Source of the DNA: Candidatus Zhuqueibacterota bacterium
Lineage (GTDB): Bacteria; Zhuqueibacterota; Zhuqueibacteria; Oceanimicrobiales; Oceanimicrobiaceae
Length of the DNA: 64,000 bases
Direction: 5' to 3'
NCBI GenBank assembly: GCA_029262005.1
Contig: JAJDAG010000150.1
Location: 20,248-84,247, forward strand
The notes under the pieces were generated by a model that ran no database searches, was not told the origin of the DNA, and saw only the letters and a list, made by a program, of their open reading frames with translations. Within the stretch, counting starts at the first letter, position 1. Every line of letters starts with the position of its first letter. Positions 46,230-56,069 of the stretch are shown here, in pieces. The translations under genes were made by a program, and so were the position numbers.

Positions 46230-46742
46230 TTAATTGGGACTGGAATCGTCATTCAAAAGCTTGCGAAGCCCATCCCAGCGAGGGTCCATCGATTCCTTTT
46301 TGCAACCACAGGTACTTTTATTTAAGTTTGCACCACATTGGTCGCACAAGCCTTTACAGTCAACAGAACATTTAAACCGAATTGGCAAAGAAAGCAAAAC
46401 CGACTCCCCCAGACCTTCCGTCAAGTCAATCAAATTCGTACTTTGAGTGAGCAACCTAACAGCCTCATCATCACCAAACGAAGCGATGTCAGTAGTGTAC
46501 AAAACCGTAAACTTGTCGTTGATGTTACCGACATAATTCTCAAGACATGTTTCGCACACAAATTCTATTTTTGCGTTCGTCTCCGACACAACAATAGTGT
46601 TGCTATCGCCCTTGTCAACACTGCTCTTTACAGAAACTTCTTTAACTTCAAACCCGGGCTGTTCGAATGAAAGTTCTTCAAGATTGGCCTTAAACTCAAA
46701 TAGGTTAATACCACTCTTCAGACTTTGTACACTAACTTTCAT
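46230..46742 (-). CDS. YceD/DUF177-family protein (large-subunit ribosomal accumulation protein)
   Basis: Canonical position upstream of rpmF. The C-terminus is Cys-rich (CKGLCDQCGANLN..CGC). Start at 46742 or 46775. Confidence 0.8.
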   Translation of the reverse strand: MKVSVQSLKSGINLFEFKANLEELSFEQPGFEVKEVSVKSSVDKGDSNTIVVSETNAKIEFVCETCLENYVGNINDKFTVLYTTDIASFGDDEAVRLLTQSTNLIDLTEGLGESVLLSLPIRFKCSVDCKGLCDQCGANLNKSTCGCKKESMDPRWDGLRKLLNDDSSPN

Positions 46743-46852
46743 CGACCCACCTGTTGAGCCAAAAAACAAGCTCAAATTTAATTAATAATTCGTCAAGAGT
46801 CAAGACAAAAAACGAGACTACATTGAGGTTAAATTCATTCAACCCGGGGTTA

Positions 46853-47281
46853 TCACTCGCAACCGTTTTCAGCAAGTTCCTTTGTGCTGAAGAAAAAAGC
46901 GATTTCTACGGCTGCGTTCTCGGGCGAATCAGAGCCATGTACTATATTCATGCCTTTGCTTTCTGCATATTCTCTACGAATGGTTCCGACCTCGGCTTCT
47001 GCCGGATCCGTTGCACCGATGAGCGTTCTGAAATCAGCAACAGCATTTTGCTTTTCGAGAACAATGGGCAGGACGGTACCTGAACTCATAAATTCAACCA
47101 ACTCACTGTAAAAAGGACGCTCGCGGTGTACTGCATAAAATTCACCAGCAGTTGTTTCCGTAAGCCGAACCAACTTTGTGCCTAGTATTTTGAAACCGGC
47201 AGCTTCAATTTTATCAATTACTTTGCCAATTAAATTCCTGCTTGTGCAGTCTGGCTTGAGAATAGCTAAAGTACGTTCCAC
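46853..47281 (-). CDS. ndk: Nucleoside diphosphate kinase
   Basis: 142 aa: [18 protein letters not shown] (active-site His). Confidence 0.95.
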   Translation of the reverse strand: MERTLAILKPDCTSRNLIGKVIDKIEAAGFKILGTKLVRLTETTAGEFYAVHRERPFYSELVEFMSSGTVLPIVLEKQNAVADFRTLIGATDPAEAEVGTIRREYAESKGMNIVHGSDSPENAAVEIAFFFSTKELAENGCE

Positions 47282-47405
47282 TTGTAGATTACTCCTTCGT
47301 AGTTACTTTCTGTTCCTGTTAAAATTACGGGGCTTTCGGATTTGCATCCGCGGGCGCCCTGCTCACACCACTAACAATGCAACATTTTTCCGGCCACTCA
47401 GAAAA

Positions 47406-48278
47406 TTAGGTCAGGACTTTTTGCATAGTGGCACCTATGTCGGCCGGACTTTCTGCGACGTGTGCACCGGCGCTACGCAAAGCTGCAATCTTCTCTTCTG
47501 CAGTTCCCTCACTACCAGAAATAATAGCACCCGCATGTCCCATTCTTCTTCCGGGAGGGGCTGTCTTGCCGGCAATAAAGGCAACAACCGGCTTGCCGAG
47601 ATTATCTCTAATATAAGCTGCAGCTTCCTGCTCAGCAGTGCCACCGATTTCACCAATGAGCACAACGGCCTCAGTATCCGGATCTTCCTTGAACAACTTG
47701 AGTGCATCTGTAAAATTGGTACCAATTATCGGGTCACCCCCAATGCCAATGCATGTTGATTGGCCGATATTCAGATCACTTAATTGTTTTACAGCTTCAT
47801 AGGTGAGTGTGCCGCTGCGGGAAATAAGGCCTACATTTCCGGCTTTATGAATGAAGCCCGGCATAATTCCAATCTTTGCCAGTCCTGGTGAAATAACACC
47901 GGGGCAATTCGGCCCAACCAGGCGTGTTTTCCGGCGCGAGAGATATTGATGAACATTTACCATATCTGCCGCAGGGATACCCTCGGTTATGCAAACCACA
48001 AGCGCCACACCTGCACTCGCAGCCTCCATAATAGCATCTGCAGCAAAAGGGGGTGGCACAAAAATGGCAGAAGCATTTGCGCCCTTTTGGGCAACAGCGT
48101 CCGCTACAGTATTGTAAATCGGCACCTTCTCCTCGAATTTTTGTCCCCCTTTTCCCGGCGTAACACCAGCTACGACATTTGTACCATATTCCAACATTTG
48201 ATGCGTATGAAACGAGCCCTCTCCACCTGTGATACCTTGAACAACCAAGCGTGTATTTTCATCAACTAGAATACTCAA
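47406..48278 (-). CDS. sucD: Succinyl-CoA synthetase alpha subunit
   Basis: 290 aa: VQGITG, MGHAGAI (phospho-His). Confidence 0.95.
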   Translation of the reverse strand: MSILVDENTRLVVQGITGGEGSFHTHQMLEYGTNVVAGVTPGKGGQKFEEKVPIYNTVADAVAQKGANASAIFVPPPFAADAIMEAASAGVALVVCITEGIPAADMVNVHQYLSRRKTRLVGPNCPGVISPGLAKIGIMPGFIHKAGNVGLISRSGTLTYEAVKQLSDLNIGQSTCIGIGGDPIIGTNFTDALKLFKEDPDTEAVVLIGEIGGTAEQEAAAYIRDNLGKPVVAFIAGKTAPPGRRMGHAGAIISGSEGTAEEKIAALRSAGAHVAESPADIGATMQKVLT

Positions 48279-48308
48279 TTTAAAATCTCCATTATGGGAT
48301 GCACATAT

Positions 48309-49469
48309 TTACCGGCCAACCGCAGCAGCCACTTTCTGTGCCGCTTCGTGAAATGTACGACCAACCTCGAATGAAATGTCTGATTCTTCCAACAGTCTGG
48401 CGGCTTCCTCGGCGTTTGTACCCTCCAGACGCACCACAACCGGCACGCCGATATCCATGGTAGAAGCTGCTTCAATCACACCCTTGGCAACACGGTCGCA
48501 ACGCACGATTCCACCGAAAATATTGATTAGAATACCTTTGACATTTTCATCCGACAAAATGATTTTAAAACCATTTTTGACGGTTTCAGCGCTGGCGCCG
48601 CCGCCAACATCCAGAAAATTGGCGGGCTCAGAACCAGCGATATGAATCATATCCATAGTTGCCATGGCCAGTCCGGCACCATTTACCATGCAACCAACTT
48701 CGCCATCAAGTTTAATGTAATTCAAATCATACTTAGAGGCTTCGACTTCCAGAGGCTCCTCCTCATCCAAATCTCGCAAATCATAAAAATCTTTGTGGCG
48801 GTAAAGCGCATTATCGTCAAAACTAATCTTGGCATCCAGCGCCAGCACCCTACCGTCCCTGGTGACGACAAGCGGATTGATCTCTGCCATCGAGCAATCT
48901 GATTCAACATACGCTTTGTACAAAGCCGCGAAAAATTTGAGCGCGTTCTTTACCTGCTCGCCTTGCAAGCCAAGTCCAAAGGCAAGTTTGCGTGCCTGAA
49001 ACGCTTGCAATCCAACCGAAGGATCAATATATTCTTTAAGAATTTTCTCCGGCGTCTCTGCAGCAACCTTTTCAATTTCAACACCGCCCTCCGTACTCGC
49101 CATAAAAACCAGTTGACTTGTCGTGCGGTCAAGCACAATACCAAGATATAGCTCGCGCTCAATCTCCAAACCCTCTTCGACAAGCACCTTCCCAACTTCT
49201 TTACCATCCGGGCCGGTCTGGTGGGTCACCAGAGTCATGCCGACAATTTCGGATGCGATGCGTTCCGCTTCTTCGGCACTGTGTGCCAGTTTCACGCCAC
49301 CACCCTTGCCTCGTCCACCAGCATGGATTTGGGCCTTTATCACCACTGTCCCACCGAGTTCAGTCGCGTATTTTCTCGCTTCTGCAGGTGTATGTGCCAG
49401 AAAGCCTTGCGGAACCTCCACACCGAACTTTCGCAACAACTCCTTACCCTGATACTCATGTATTTTCAA
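48309..49469 (-). CDS. sucC: Succinyl-CoA synthetase beta subunit
   Basis: 386 aa: [15 protein letters not shown]-grasp motifs, NIFGGI. Confidence 0.95.
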   Translation of the reverse strand: MKIHEYQGKELLRKFGVEVPQGFLAHTPAEARKYATELGGTVVIKAQIHAGGRGKGGGVKLAHSAEEAERIASEIVGMTLVTHQTGPDGKEVGKVLVEEGLEIERELYLGIVLDRTTSQLVFMASTEGGVEIEKVAAETPEKILKEYIDPSVGLQAFQARKLAFGLGLQGEQVKNALKFFAALYKAYVESDCSMAEINPLVVTRDGRVLALDAKISFDDNALYRHKDFYDLRDLDEEEPLEVEASKYDLNYIKLDGEVGCMVNGAGLAMATMDMIHIAGSEPANFLDVGGGASAETVKNGFKIILSDENVKGILINIFGGIVRCDRVAKGVIEAASTMDIGVPVVVRLEGTNAEEAARLLEESDISFEVGRTFHEAAQKVAAAVGR

Positions 49470-49569
49470 TTTAAAACCTCCAGGTTGTTTTGTATTACTT
49501 GCTGCTTTAACAAGTTACAATTCAATATCGTTATCCAGCCATCTATCTGCATTACCAGGTTTCTGCTGA

Positions 49570-50532
49570 CTAATTCAAGGACACACGCGTCCCTGTTTTT
49601 CCCGCAATTGCATCCTGCATGTTGTCAATTGAACTAATCACTACCAGACTGCCTCCGGATTCAAGAAAATTTATCGCTGCCTGAATCTTTGGGCCCATGC
49701 TTCCGGCCGGAAACTGGCCATTTTCAAGATGTTCTTTTGCTTCGGCAACGGTTAATGTGTCGAGTTCGACTGCATCAGGTTTTCTGAAATTGAGAGTTAC
49801 TTTATCAACACCCGTTAACATGTATAGTTCATCTGCTCGAACATCGCGCGCCAGGATGGCTGAAGCAAGATCTTTGTCTATTACAGCATCGACTCCTTCC
49901 CAACAACCATCAGCCTCCTTGCACACGGGAATACCACCGCCACCGGCCACAATTAGAATCGTTTGCGCTTCGAGAAGTCGAAGAATCGTATTTTTTTCGA
50001 CAATTGCCAGAGGTTCCGGAGACGGAACGACCCTGCGATAGCCTCGGCCCGGGTCTTCTTTCACAATCCACCCACGTTCATTTGTGACACGTGCCACATC
50101 TTCTTTTTTTAAAATAGGACCTACAAACTTCGTTGGATCAAGGACAGACGGGTCATTTCGATCAACAACTACTTGTGTTAGAATTGTAGCAACGTCTCGC
50201 TTGATGCCCGCTAAATGCAGCTTATTCATCATGGTTTGCTGAATCATATATCCCATTCCGCCCTGCAAATCGGCCACAATGATACCTAGAGGCAGTGGTG
50301 GGACCAAGTGGCGCGTTTCCTCAACACGAATCAAGGCATTCCCTACTTGCGGCCCATTTCCGTGTGTAATAACAACACGATAACCCCGCCGAATCAGAGC
50401 CATTACGCCAACCAAACTCTGCCTGGTGTTTGCGAACTGCTGCGTAATATTCCCTTCTTCAAACTCACGTGTTATCGAGTTTCCACCAAGCGCGACAACG
50501 GCCGTTCTCAACTCAGATTTTTGCACATGCAC
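49570..50532 (-). CDS. arcC: Carbamate kinase
   Basis: 320 aa, aligns along its length with Enterococcus/E. coli carbamate kinases as I remember them (VVALGGN, THGNGPQVGN, GGGGIPV, AVIDKDLAS, GSMGPKI). Confidence 0.9.
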   Translation of the reverse strand: MHVQKSELRTAVVALGGNSITREFEEGNITQQFANTRQSLVGVMALIRRGYRVVITHGNGPQVGNALIRVEETRHLVPPLPLGIIVADLQGGMGYMIQQTMMNKLHLAGIKRDVATILTQVVVDRNDPSVLDPTKFVGPILKKEDVARVTNERGWIVKEDPGRGYRRVVPSPEPLAIVEKNTILRLLEAQTILIVAGGGGIPVCKEADGCWEGVDAVIDKDLASAILARDVRADELYMLTGVDKVTLNFRKPDAVELDTLTVAEAKEHLENGQFPAGSMGPKIQAAINFLESGGSLVVISSIDNMQDAIAGKTGTRVSLN

Positions 50533-51845
50533 TACCTTAAACCAGCGAGGATATCGGTCAAATCCGGCTTGCCGACCTCTTGCAATTCATACGTAACTCG
50601 CACTGCGGGTTTTTCGATATTGATCAATTTCCGCAAATCAATTGGCGTTCCGATAACAACAGCATCACAGTCCACAGAATTGATGGTTGCTTCGAGATCC
50701 TTTACCTGCTGCTCACCGTACCCCATTGCCGGCAACAAGGTGCCTATTTTAGGGTATTTTTCAAAAGTACCACGCAATGAGCCCTGCAAATAGGGGCGCG
50801 GATCAATTAATTCTGCCGCGCCAAATCGTTTTGCCGCCACAACTGCTGCGCCGAATTTCATTTCCCCATGTGTCAGCGTCGGGCCATCTTCAACCACAAG
50901 AACGCGCTTGCCCCGAATCACTTCAGGATCATCAACAAAAATCGGTGAAGCGGCATCAATTATAGCTGCCTCGGGGTTAAGTTTGCGAATATTATCGCGA
51001 AGCTGTTCAATGGCCTCCAGCGACGCTGAGGTTTCTTTATTAATTACAACGGCGTCCGCCATTCTCACATTTGTTTCACCGGGGAAATAGCTTAACTCAT
51101 GCCCCGGACGAAGCGGATCAGCTACTACTATATATATATCAGGTGCAAAAAATGATGTGTCATTGTTGCCGCCGTCCCAAATCACAACATCGGCTTCCTG
51201 TTCTGCCTGAAGGAGAATCTCACTATAGTCAATTCCGGCATAAACAACAGTACCGACGGCAAGGTGCGGCTCGTACTCTTCGCGCTCCTCAATGGTACAA
51301 TTGTGTTTATCGAGGTCAGCATAAGTTTCAAATCGCTGACAACGCTGTTCAACCAAATTTCCATATGGCATGGGATGGCGCACAACAACCAGTTTTTTCC
51401 CCATAGCTTTTAAAATCCGGGAAACCTGTCGCGTGGTTTGACTCTTGCCACAGCCAGTTCTTACGGCACAAATTGCAACAATCGGCTTGCGGCTTTTTAA
51501 CATGGTTCTGCGTGAATTCAGCAGTACGAACGAAGCCCCGGCTGCGTTTACCATAGATGACTTGCTCATCACATATTCATACCCAACATCGCTATATGAG
51601 AAGACTACTTCATCAACAGAATGCTCTTTAATCAGACTGAGAATATCTTCTTCAGAATGAACAGGAATTCCATTGGGATAACGCTCACCGGCCAATTCTG
51701 GGGGATAAACCCGTCCATCAATGTCAGGAATTTGGGTAGCCGTAAATGCCACAACTTCGTACTGGTTATCGTCGCGATATACAGTATTAAAGTTATGAAA
51801 ATCTCGTCCAGCCGCCCCCATAATGATTACTTTTATTGGCCGCAT
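50532..51845 (-). CDS. COG2403-like P-loop protein (predicted GTPase / cyclic 2,3-diphosphoglycerate synthetase-like)
   Basis: 437 aa with Walker A-like AVRTGCGKSQTT. The overall pattern is recalled as the COG2403 family. Its stop shares 1 nt with the arcC start. Confidence 0.6.
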   Translation of the reverse strand: MRPIKVIIMGAAGRDFHNFNTVYRDDNQYEVVAFTATQIPDIDGRVYPPELAGERYPNGIPVHSEEDILSLIKEHSVDEVVFSYSDVGYEYVMSKSSMVNAAGASFVLLNSRRTMLKSRKPIVAICAVRTGCGKSQTTRQVSRILKAMGKKLVVVRHPMPYGNLVEQRCQRFETYADLDKHNCTIEEREEYEPHLAVGTVVYAGIDYSEILLQAEQEADVVIWDGGNNDTSFFAPDIYIVVADPLRPGHELSYFPGETNVRMADAVVINKETSASLEAIEQLRDNIRKLNPEAAIIDAASPIFVDDPEVIRGKRVLVVEDGPTLTHGEMKFGAAVVAAKRFGAAELIDPRPYLQGSLRGTFEKYPKIGTLLPAMGYGEQQVKDLEATINSVDCDAVVIGTPIDLRKLINIEKPAVRVTYELQEVGKPDLTDILAGLR

Positions 51846-52399
51846 AAATCCTCCATATTTGAGTTAATAGTACATTCGAAACCGCTTCAGCCCATTTTTG
51901 ACGCGTGAATATAGTATAATTTCGTTCAACTTGCAAGCGTTTTCAAGCAACACCTATTGGCAAAATTTGCCGTACCGAGCAGCAATTCTCCATCAACTCA
52001 TTACAGCTCTATTAATCAAACTTTATTGCAAATATGGTTAATAATTCCCCACATCCACACGATTGATCGCATCGCTAACTACGTAATAAATACAGCAACA
52101 CTTCCAGCAAAGAATTTGATTTCAATATTGTTCGTAATGTTAACCTTTATGACCCGACTGTATTATTTCGATGAAATTGCACAGTTTTCGGCCATTTGTA
52201 TGATTTCAAGCCGTATAGAAATTGCGCAGATGCATTTTTGTCAGTGCACATTTTGACCAGTTCAATTAATTGCAACGCCCTACTGCAGGCAGAAAATCAT
52301 TATTAACTATCTGAAACAAAAAGACATATGTATATAAATAAAAAAGAAATATTCTGCCGGGAATAATTTTCGCAGAGAAATTGACCAATTACGAAACAT

Positions 52400-52415
52400 T
52401 GGCACACATGTTGCA
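52400..52415 (+). promoter_or_regulatory. Sigma54 (RpoN) -24/-12 promoter, TGGCAC-N5-TTGCA
   Basis: TGGCAC at 52400-52405, then 5 nt (ACATG), then TTGCA at 52411-52415. This is an exact match to the core consensus with correct GG-N10-GC spacing. It points at the response-regulator gene about 165 nt downstream. Confidence 0.6.
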
Positions 52416-52579
52416 AAACGGTACAGCAAGTTTGCAAGATGCAACAGTGGCCCCAACCATGTGAGGCAAATCTATTGGATGGTATCAAGGTAAAAAAATC
52501 TGGATTCTTGGCTCAAAAACAATTCTCCGTTTAAATAAAGAAGTCGTCGTAGTTAATAATATCTTTGGAGGTCGCAACC

Positions 52580-53275
52580 ATGGAAAAGGTGGAAAGAAAC
52601 AACGTCATTCTGTTTGACAGATCACTACTGAACGGTGGCAGGACGCTGGACGAGGCTCTCGAGAGGGAAGGCTTTACGCCGGTTCACCATGACTCCATTC
52701 GCAATGCCTTAGAGGTCACCATGACGGAAAAACCATCTGTCATAGTTGTCGATATGGACGAATTCGGAGAAAAAGCCTGGTCTACCTGCCTTGAGCTCAA
52801 AGATGATATCGGCACAAAAAGAACAGGCATCATTCTACTTTCATCAAATACTGATGATATGCTGAGAATTAAAGGTTTTGAAATGGGTGCCGATGATTTT
52901 GTAGTCAAGCCGTACAACAAACGGGAACTGGCAGCAAGAATCAAGGCAATTAGTCGCAGGCTCTCAGTTACGGAAGGTAAAAAAATCAAAGTAAAAGATA
53001 TTGAGATAAATTTGGACGAACACAGAGTCAGCAAAGCAGGTAAGCAGATTGACCTTACGTACATTCAATTCAAACTGCTATATTTGCTGGCATCGCGCAG
53101 AATGAGCGTATTTTCAAGAAAGGAAATTCTGGAGAAAGTATGGGGTAAAAAAGTCTACGTAACCAACAGAACCGTGGACGTGCACATTAAGCGGCTCCGG
53201 GAGAAGCTTGGTGAGTACAAATATCCATCACAGTACATTGAAACCATACACGGAACAGGATATCGTTTCCTCTAA
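52580..53275 (+). CDS. OmpR/PhoB-family response regulator (receiver + winged helix), orphan
   Basis: The ORF track starts at TTG 52565. ATG 52580 is preferred because GGAGG lies 8 nt upstream. Receiver motifs: VIVVDMD, IILLSS, VVKPY. C-terminal motifs: RTVDVHIKRLREKL..GTGYRF. No histidine kinase in the window. Confidence 0.85.
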   Translation: MEKVERNNVILFDRSLLNGGRTLDEALEREGFTPVHHDSIRNALEVTMTEKPSVIVVDMDEFGEKAWSTCLELKDDIGTKRTGIILLSSNTDDMLRIKGFEMGADDFVVKPYNKRELAARIKAISRRLSVTEGKKIKVKDIEINLDEHRVSKAGKQIDLTYIQFKLLYLLASRRMSVFSRKEILEKVWGKKVYVTNRTVDVHIKRLREKLGEYKYPSQYIETIHGTGYRFL

Positions 53276-53297
53276 GACTTAAAGATTCCTCCCTCCG

Positions 53298-53331
53298 GGC
53301 CCCTGGTCGCGTTTGACCGGGGGCTTTTTTT
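53298..53331 (+). terminator. Rho-independent terminator after the response regulator
   Basis: GCCCCTGGTC (53298-53307) pairs with GACCGGGGGC (53314-53323) as a 10-bp stem with one G-U. The loop is 6 nt and is followed by T8 (53324-53331). Confidence 0.65.
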
Positions 53332-53504
53332 TGCCATGCACAACAACCTTTGCCAATCGCTTACAAAAGTACAACTTAGATAACCGGTCTTACAAGCTCA
53401 AAGTCTAATGCGTTTTTTGCCGCAGGCAATGCTCAGACATGTATGGCTCGACTTTCCGGTTCAGCCATTGTCAATTATCCGGAACTTCCCAATTTAACCC
53501 GCCG

Positions 53505-54215
53505 TCAATCCTGTTCCACATTCCAGACAAAGCCTTGATAAAATTTCTCATCAAAAAAACCAATTCGGAATGGCGGACTCTCTCGCAACCGGAGCTTTAA
53601 AACAAGCCGTGATGTACGCTCCGACACAAGAAGGCCAGCGGGATGTTCTTTGGCAAAAAACACTCGCATCGGAATTGTCACCTTCAATCCTTCAGCCTTT
53701 CCATAACTATTTTTTGGTTTCCCAGTTGAAACCGAGGATACAAAAACTTTTCGTTCAGGGGCATAGATCTGACCGTCACCGTTCTCAAGAGTCACAACCA
53801 AATTTCGCAGCAAAAAGTCTTTTAATTGCGTCTGTGTCCACGCGGAATAAAAAGGCATACTCAGCTCCAAGCCAAAAGCCAAATACTTTTGATGCAGGCC
53901 TTGTAGACGTTTTAGTCTCACCCGGTACTCAGGCTCGCCTAATTCATTTTTTTCGGAAGCAAGTCGCAAATACAGAGCATCAACTTCTGGAAGGAGCCAA
54001 CGGGCAGAGCTTTCCTCAAGAAAAACACGATCGCCAATTTGTGTCCCTTGCACGCGCTTAAGTAAGCGCTGGAGTTTGTCTTTTGCATCTTCGCCGCCGG
54101 GCTGAGGCAGGGTCGCCTCTTTGGTTTGCAGTTCAGACCATCTGATGCCCGGGGGCCTGGTACAGGCAAAACAAAAAAGTACAACCAAACTCCCCAAAAC
54201 CAAGAATCGGAGCAT
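53505..54215 (-). CDS. Hypothetical lipoprotein/secreted protein
   Basis: 236 aa with an N-terminal signal-like MLRFLVLGSLVVLFCFAC. Directly downstream of the ABC exporter pair. No recognisable domain. Confidence 0.5.
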   Translation of the reverse strand: MLRFLVLGSLVVLFCFACTRPPGIRWSELQTKEATLPQPGGEDAKDKLQRLLKRVQGTQIGDRVFLEESSARWLLPEVDALYLRLASEKNELGEPEYRVRLKRLQGLHQKYLAFGLELSMPFYSAWTQTQLKDFLLRNLVVTLENGDGQIYAPERKVFVSSVSTGKPKNSYGKAEGLKVTIPMRVFFAKEHPAGLLVSERTSRLVLKLRLRESPPFRIGFFDEKFYQGFVWNVEQD

Positions 54216-54275
54216 CTCTCTCCCCTTCAGTTATATAGCGAATCACAATCCGAACAGTGGCCACACCGGCAGTAT

Positions 54276-56069
54276 TCAAACCATAGCCTGCTGCCGTTCC
54301 TGCTGGGCGTATTGCAATTGGTATAGTTGATGATATAGGCCGCGTCGCGCCAGCAACTCGTGGTGCGAGCCGATCTCCCGAATCCGGCCTTTATGCAGCA
54401 CGATAATCCTGTCCGAATTTTGCACAGTCGAAAGTCTGTGCGCAACGACAAGAGAGGTTCTATTTTGCATGAGCCGCTGCAACGCGTCCTGAATGAGCAA
54501 TTCCGTTTCAGTGTCTACACTCGAGGTTGCTTCATCGAGAATCAGAATGGGCGGATCATGCGCCAGCGCCCGGGCAAATGAAAGTAACTGGCGTTGCCCG
54601 ACAGACAGGCCTTTGCCGCGTTCAAGAACAGCATGCTCATATTGTTGTGGCAATTTTTCGATAAAATGCTCAGCATGAACATCCCGTGCGGCGTTTCTAA
54701 CTTGCTCATCAGTTATTTCGCTATCTTCCAGACGAATATTGCGAGCGACACTGCCATCAAAAATAAAAATATCCTGCATCACCATTCCAAAATACCGTCG
54801 TAAATCCCGCGGATTGATTTCCTGAATATTAACGCCATCCAGGAAAATCTCACCTCGGCTGGTATCATAATAGCGCAATAGAAGACTGAGCAATGAAGTT
54901 TTGCCGGCGCCGGTGGCACCGACAAACGCGACTTTCTCACCAGGGCGCACATGAAACGAAATATCTTCAAGTACAAAGTCATCATTTTTATAGGCGAACC
55001 AGACATTGCGAAACTCGATTTCTCCGCGGCAATTCGGCCTGGGGTGCAACCGATTTACGGCCCATGGCTCAGATTTTTCATCCATAATTTTGAAAATTCT
55101 CTCGGAAGAGGCCATCGCCGACTGCATAAGATTGTATTTCTCAGAAAGGTCCATTATTGGTCGAAAAAACATATCTGCGTATTGGATGAAGGCAACCAAA
55201 CCACCGAATGTCAAAGCGCCTTGAATAACACGTCCACCTCCATACCAAACAATGAGTGCAACAGCCAGGGAGCTAATCAGCCGCACTACCGGAAAAAACA
55301 TGGCGTAATACAAAATCGTCTGCAGATACGAGTCCCGATGCTCGGCATTGAGTCGGTCAAATTTGTTGAAATTTGTCGCCTCACGCCTGAAAAGCTGAAC
55401 AACGGACATACCACTGACATTTTCCTGCAGGAATGTATTTATACGGGCAATGCGAAGACGAATAACACGATAGATCTCGCGGACGAGTCGCTTGAACAAA
55501 AAAGTAGCATAAAAAAGCAGAGGCAGAACTGAAAAAGTAACAAGTGCCAGCTTCCAGTTAAGAAATAGCAAAACGCCCACGATTCCGACTAGTTTAAAAA
55601 TGTCACCGAAGATGGCAACGGCGCCAGACGAGAGCATCTGGTGCAGACTGGAGACATCCGTGGTCACACGGGTCACAAGGCGCCCGACTGGATTTCTATC
55701 GAAGTATGGGATGGGCAGGCTCTGGATGTGCGCAAATATTTGACTCCGCATGTCAAACATGGCCTTTTGCCCGATCCAGTTAACCAGATAAGTTTCGCAA
55801 AACTGAAAAATGGCATCAACCATCAATATCAGCAGGTACAGAACACAGATGGTCCGCAGGCCGCCTGCATTTCCCTGGGCGATAAAATTATCGATGCCTA
55901 ACTTTGTCAAATAAGGCCCGGCTAGCTGTGCAAAAGAAGAAAGCAACAGAACAAGAATAGCCAGAGAAACATAAAATTTATACGGGCGCATGTAAGCGAG
56001 CAGACGCCGCATCAAACGGCCGTCATACGCCTTACCCAGCACATCCTCTTCATGAACATTATGACTCAA
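54276..56069 (-). CDS. ABC exporter, fused permease/ATPase (MsbA/multidrug-type), subunit 2
   Basis: 597 aa with a six-TM-type N-terminal half, Walker A GATGAGKTS, signature LSVGQRQ and Walker B ILILDEA. Confidence 0.9.
   Translation of the reverse strand: MSHNVHEEDVLGKAYDGRLMRRLLAYMRPYKFYVSLAILVLLLSSFAQLAGPYLTKLGIDNFIAQGNAGGLRTICVLYLLILMVDAIFQFCETYLVNWIGQKAMFDMRSQIFAHIQSLPIPYFDRNPVGRLVTRVTTDVSSLHQMLSSGAVAIFGDIFKLVGIVGVLLFLNWKLALVTFSVLPLLFYATFLFKRLVREIYRVIRLRIARINTFLQENVSGMSVVQLFRREATNFNKFDRLNAEHRDSYLQTILYYAMFFPVVRLISSLAVALIVWYGGGRVIQGALTFGGLVAFIQYADMFFRPIMDLSEKYNLMQSAMASSERIFKIMDEKSEPWAVNRLHPRPNCRGEIEFRNVWFAYKNDDFVLEDISFHVRPGEKVAFVGATGAGKTSLLSLLLRYYDTSRGEIFLDGVNIQEINPRDLRRYFGMVMQDIFIFDGSVARNIRLEDSEITDEQVRNAARDVHAEHFIEKLPQQYEHAVLERGKGLSVGQRQLLSFARALAHDPPILILDEATSSVDTETELLIQDALQRLMQNRTSLVVAHRLSTVQNSDRIIVLHKGRIREIGSHHELLARRGLYHQLYQLQYAQQERQQAMV

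Noticed and set aside
51957-52256. 99-aa ORF in the AT-rich gap upstream of the response regulator
   Set aside because: It has no ribosome-binding site and an AT-driven Ile/Asn/Phe-rich composition with no motifs. It probably just reflects non-coding AT-rich DNA.
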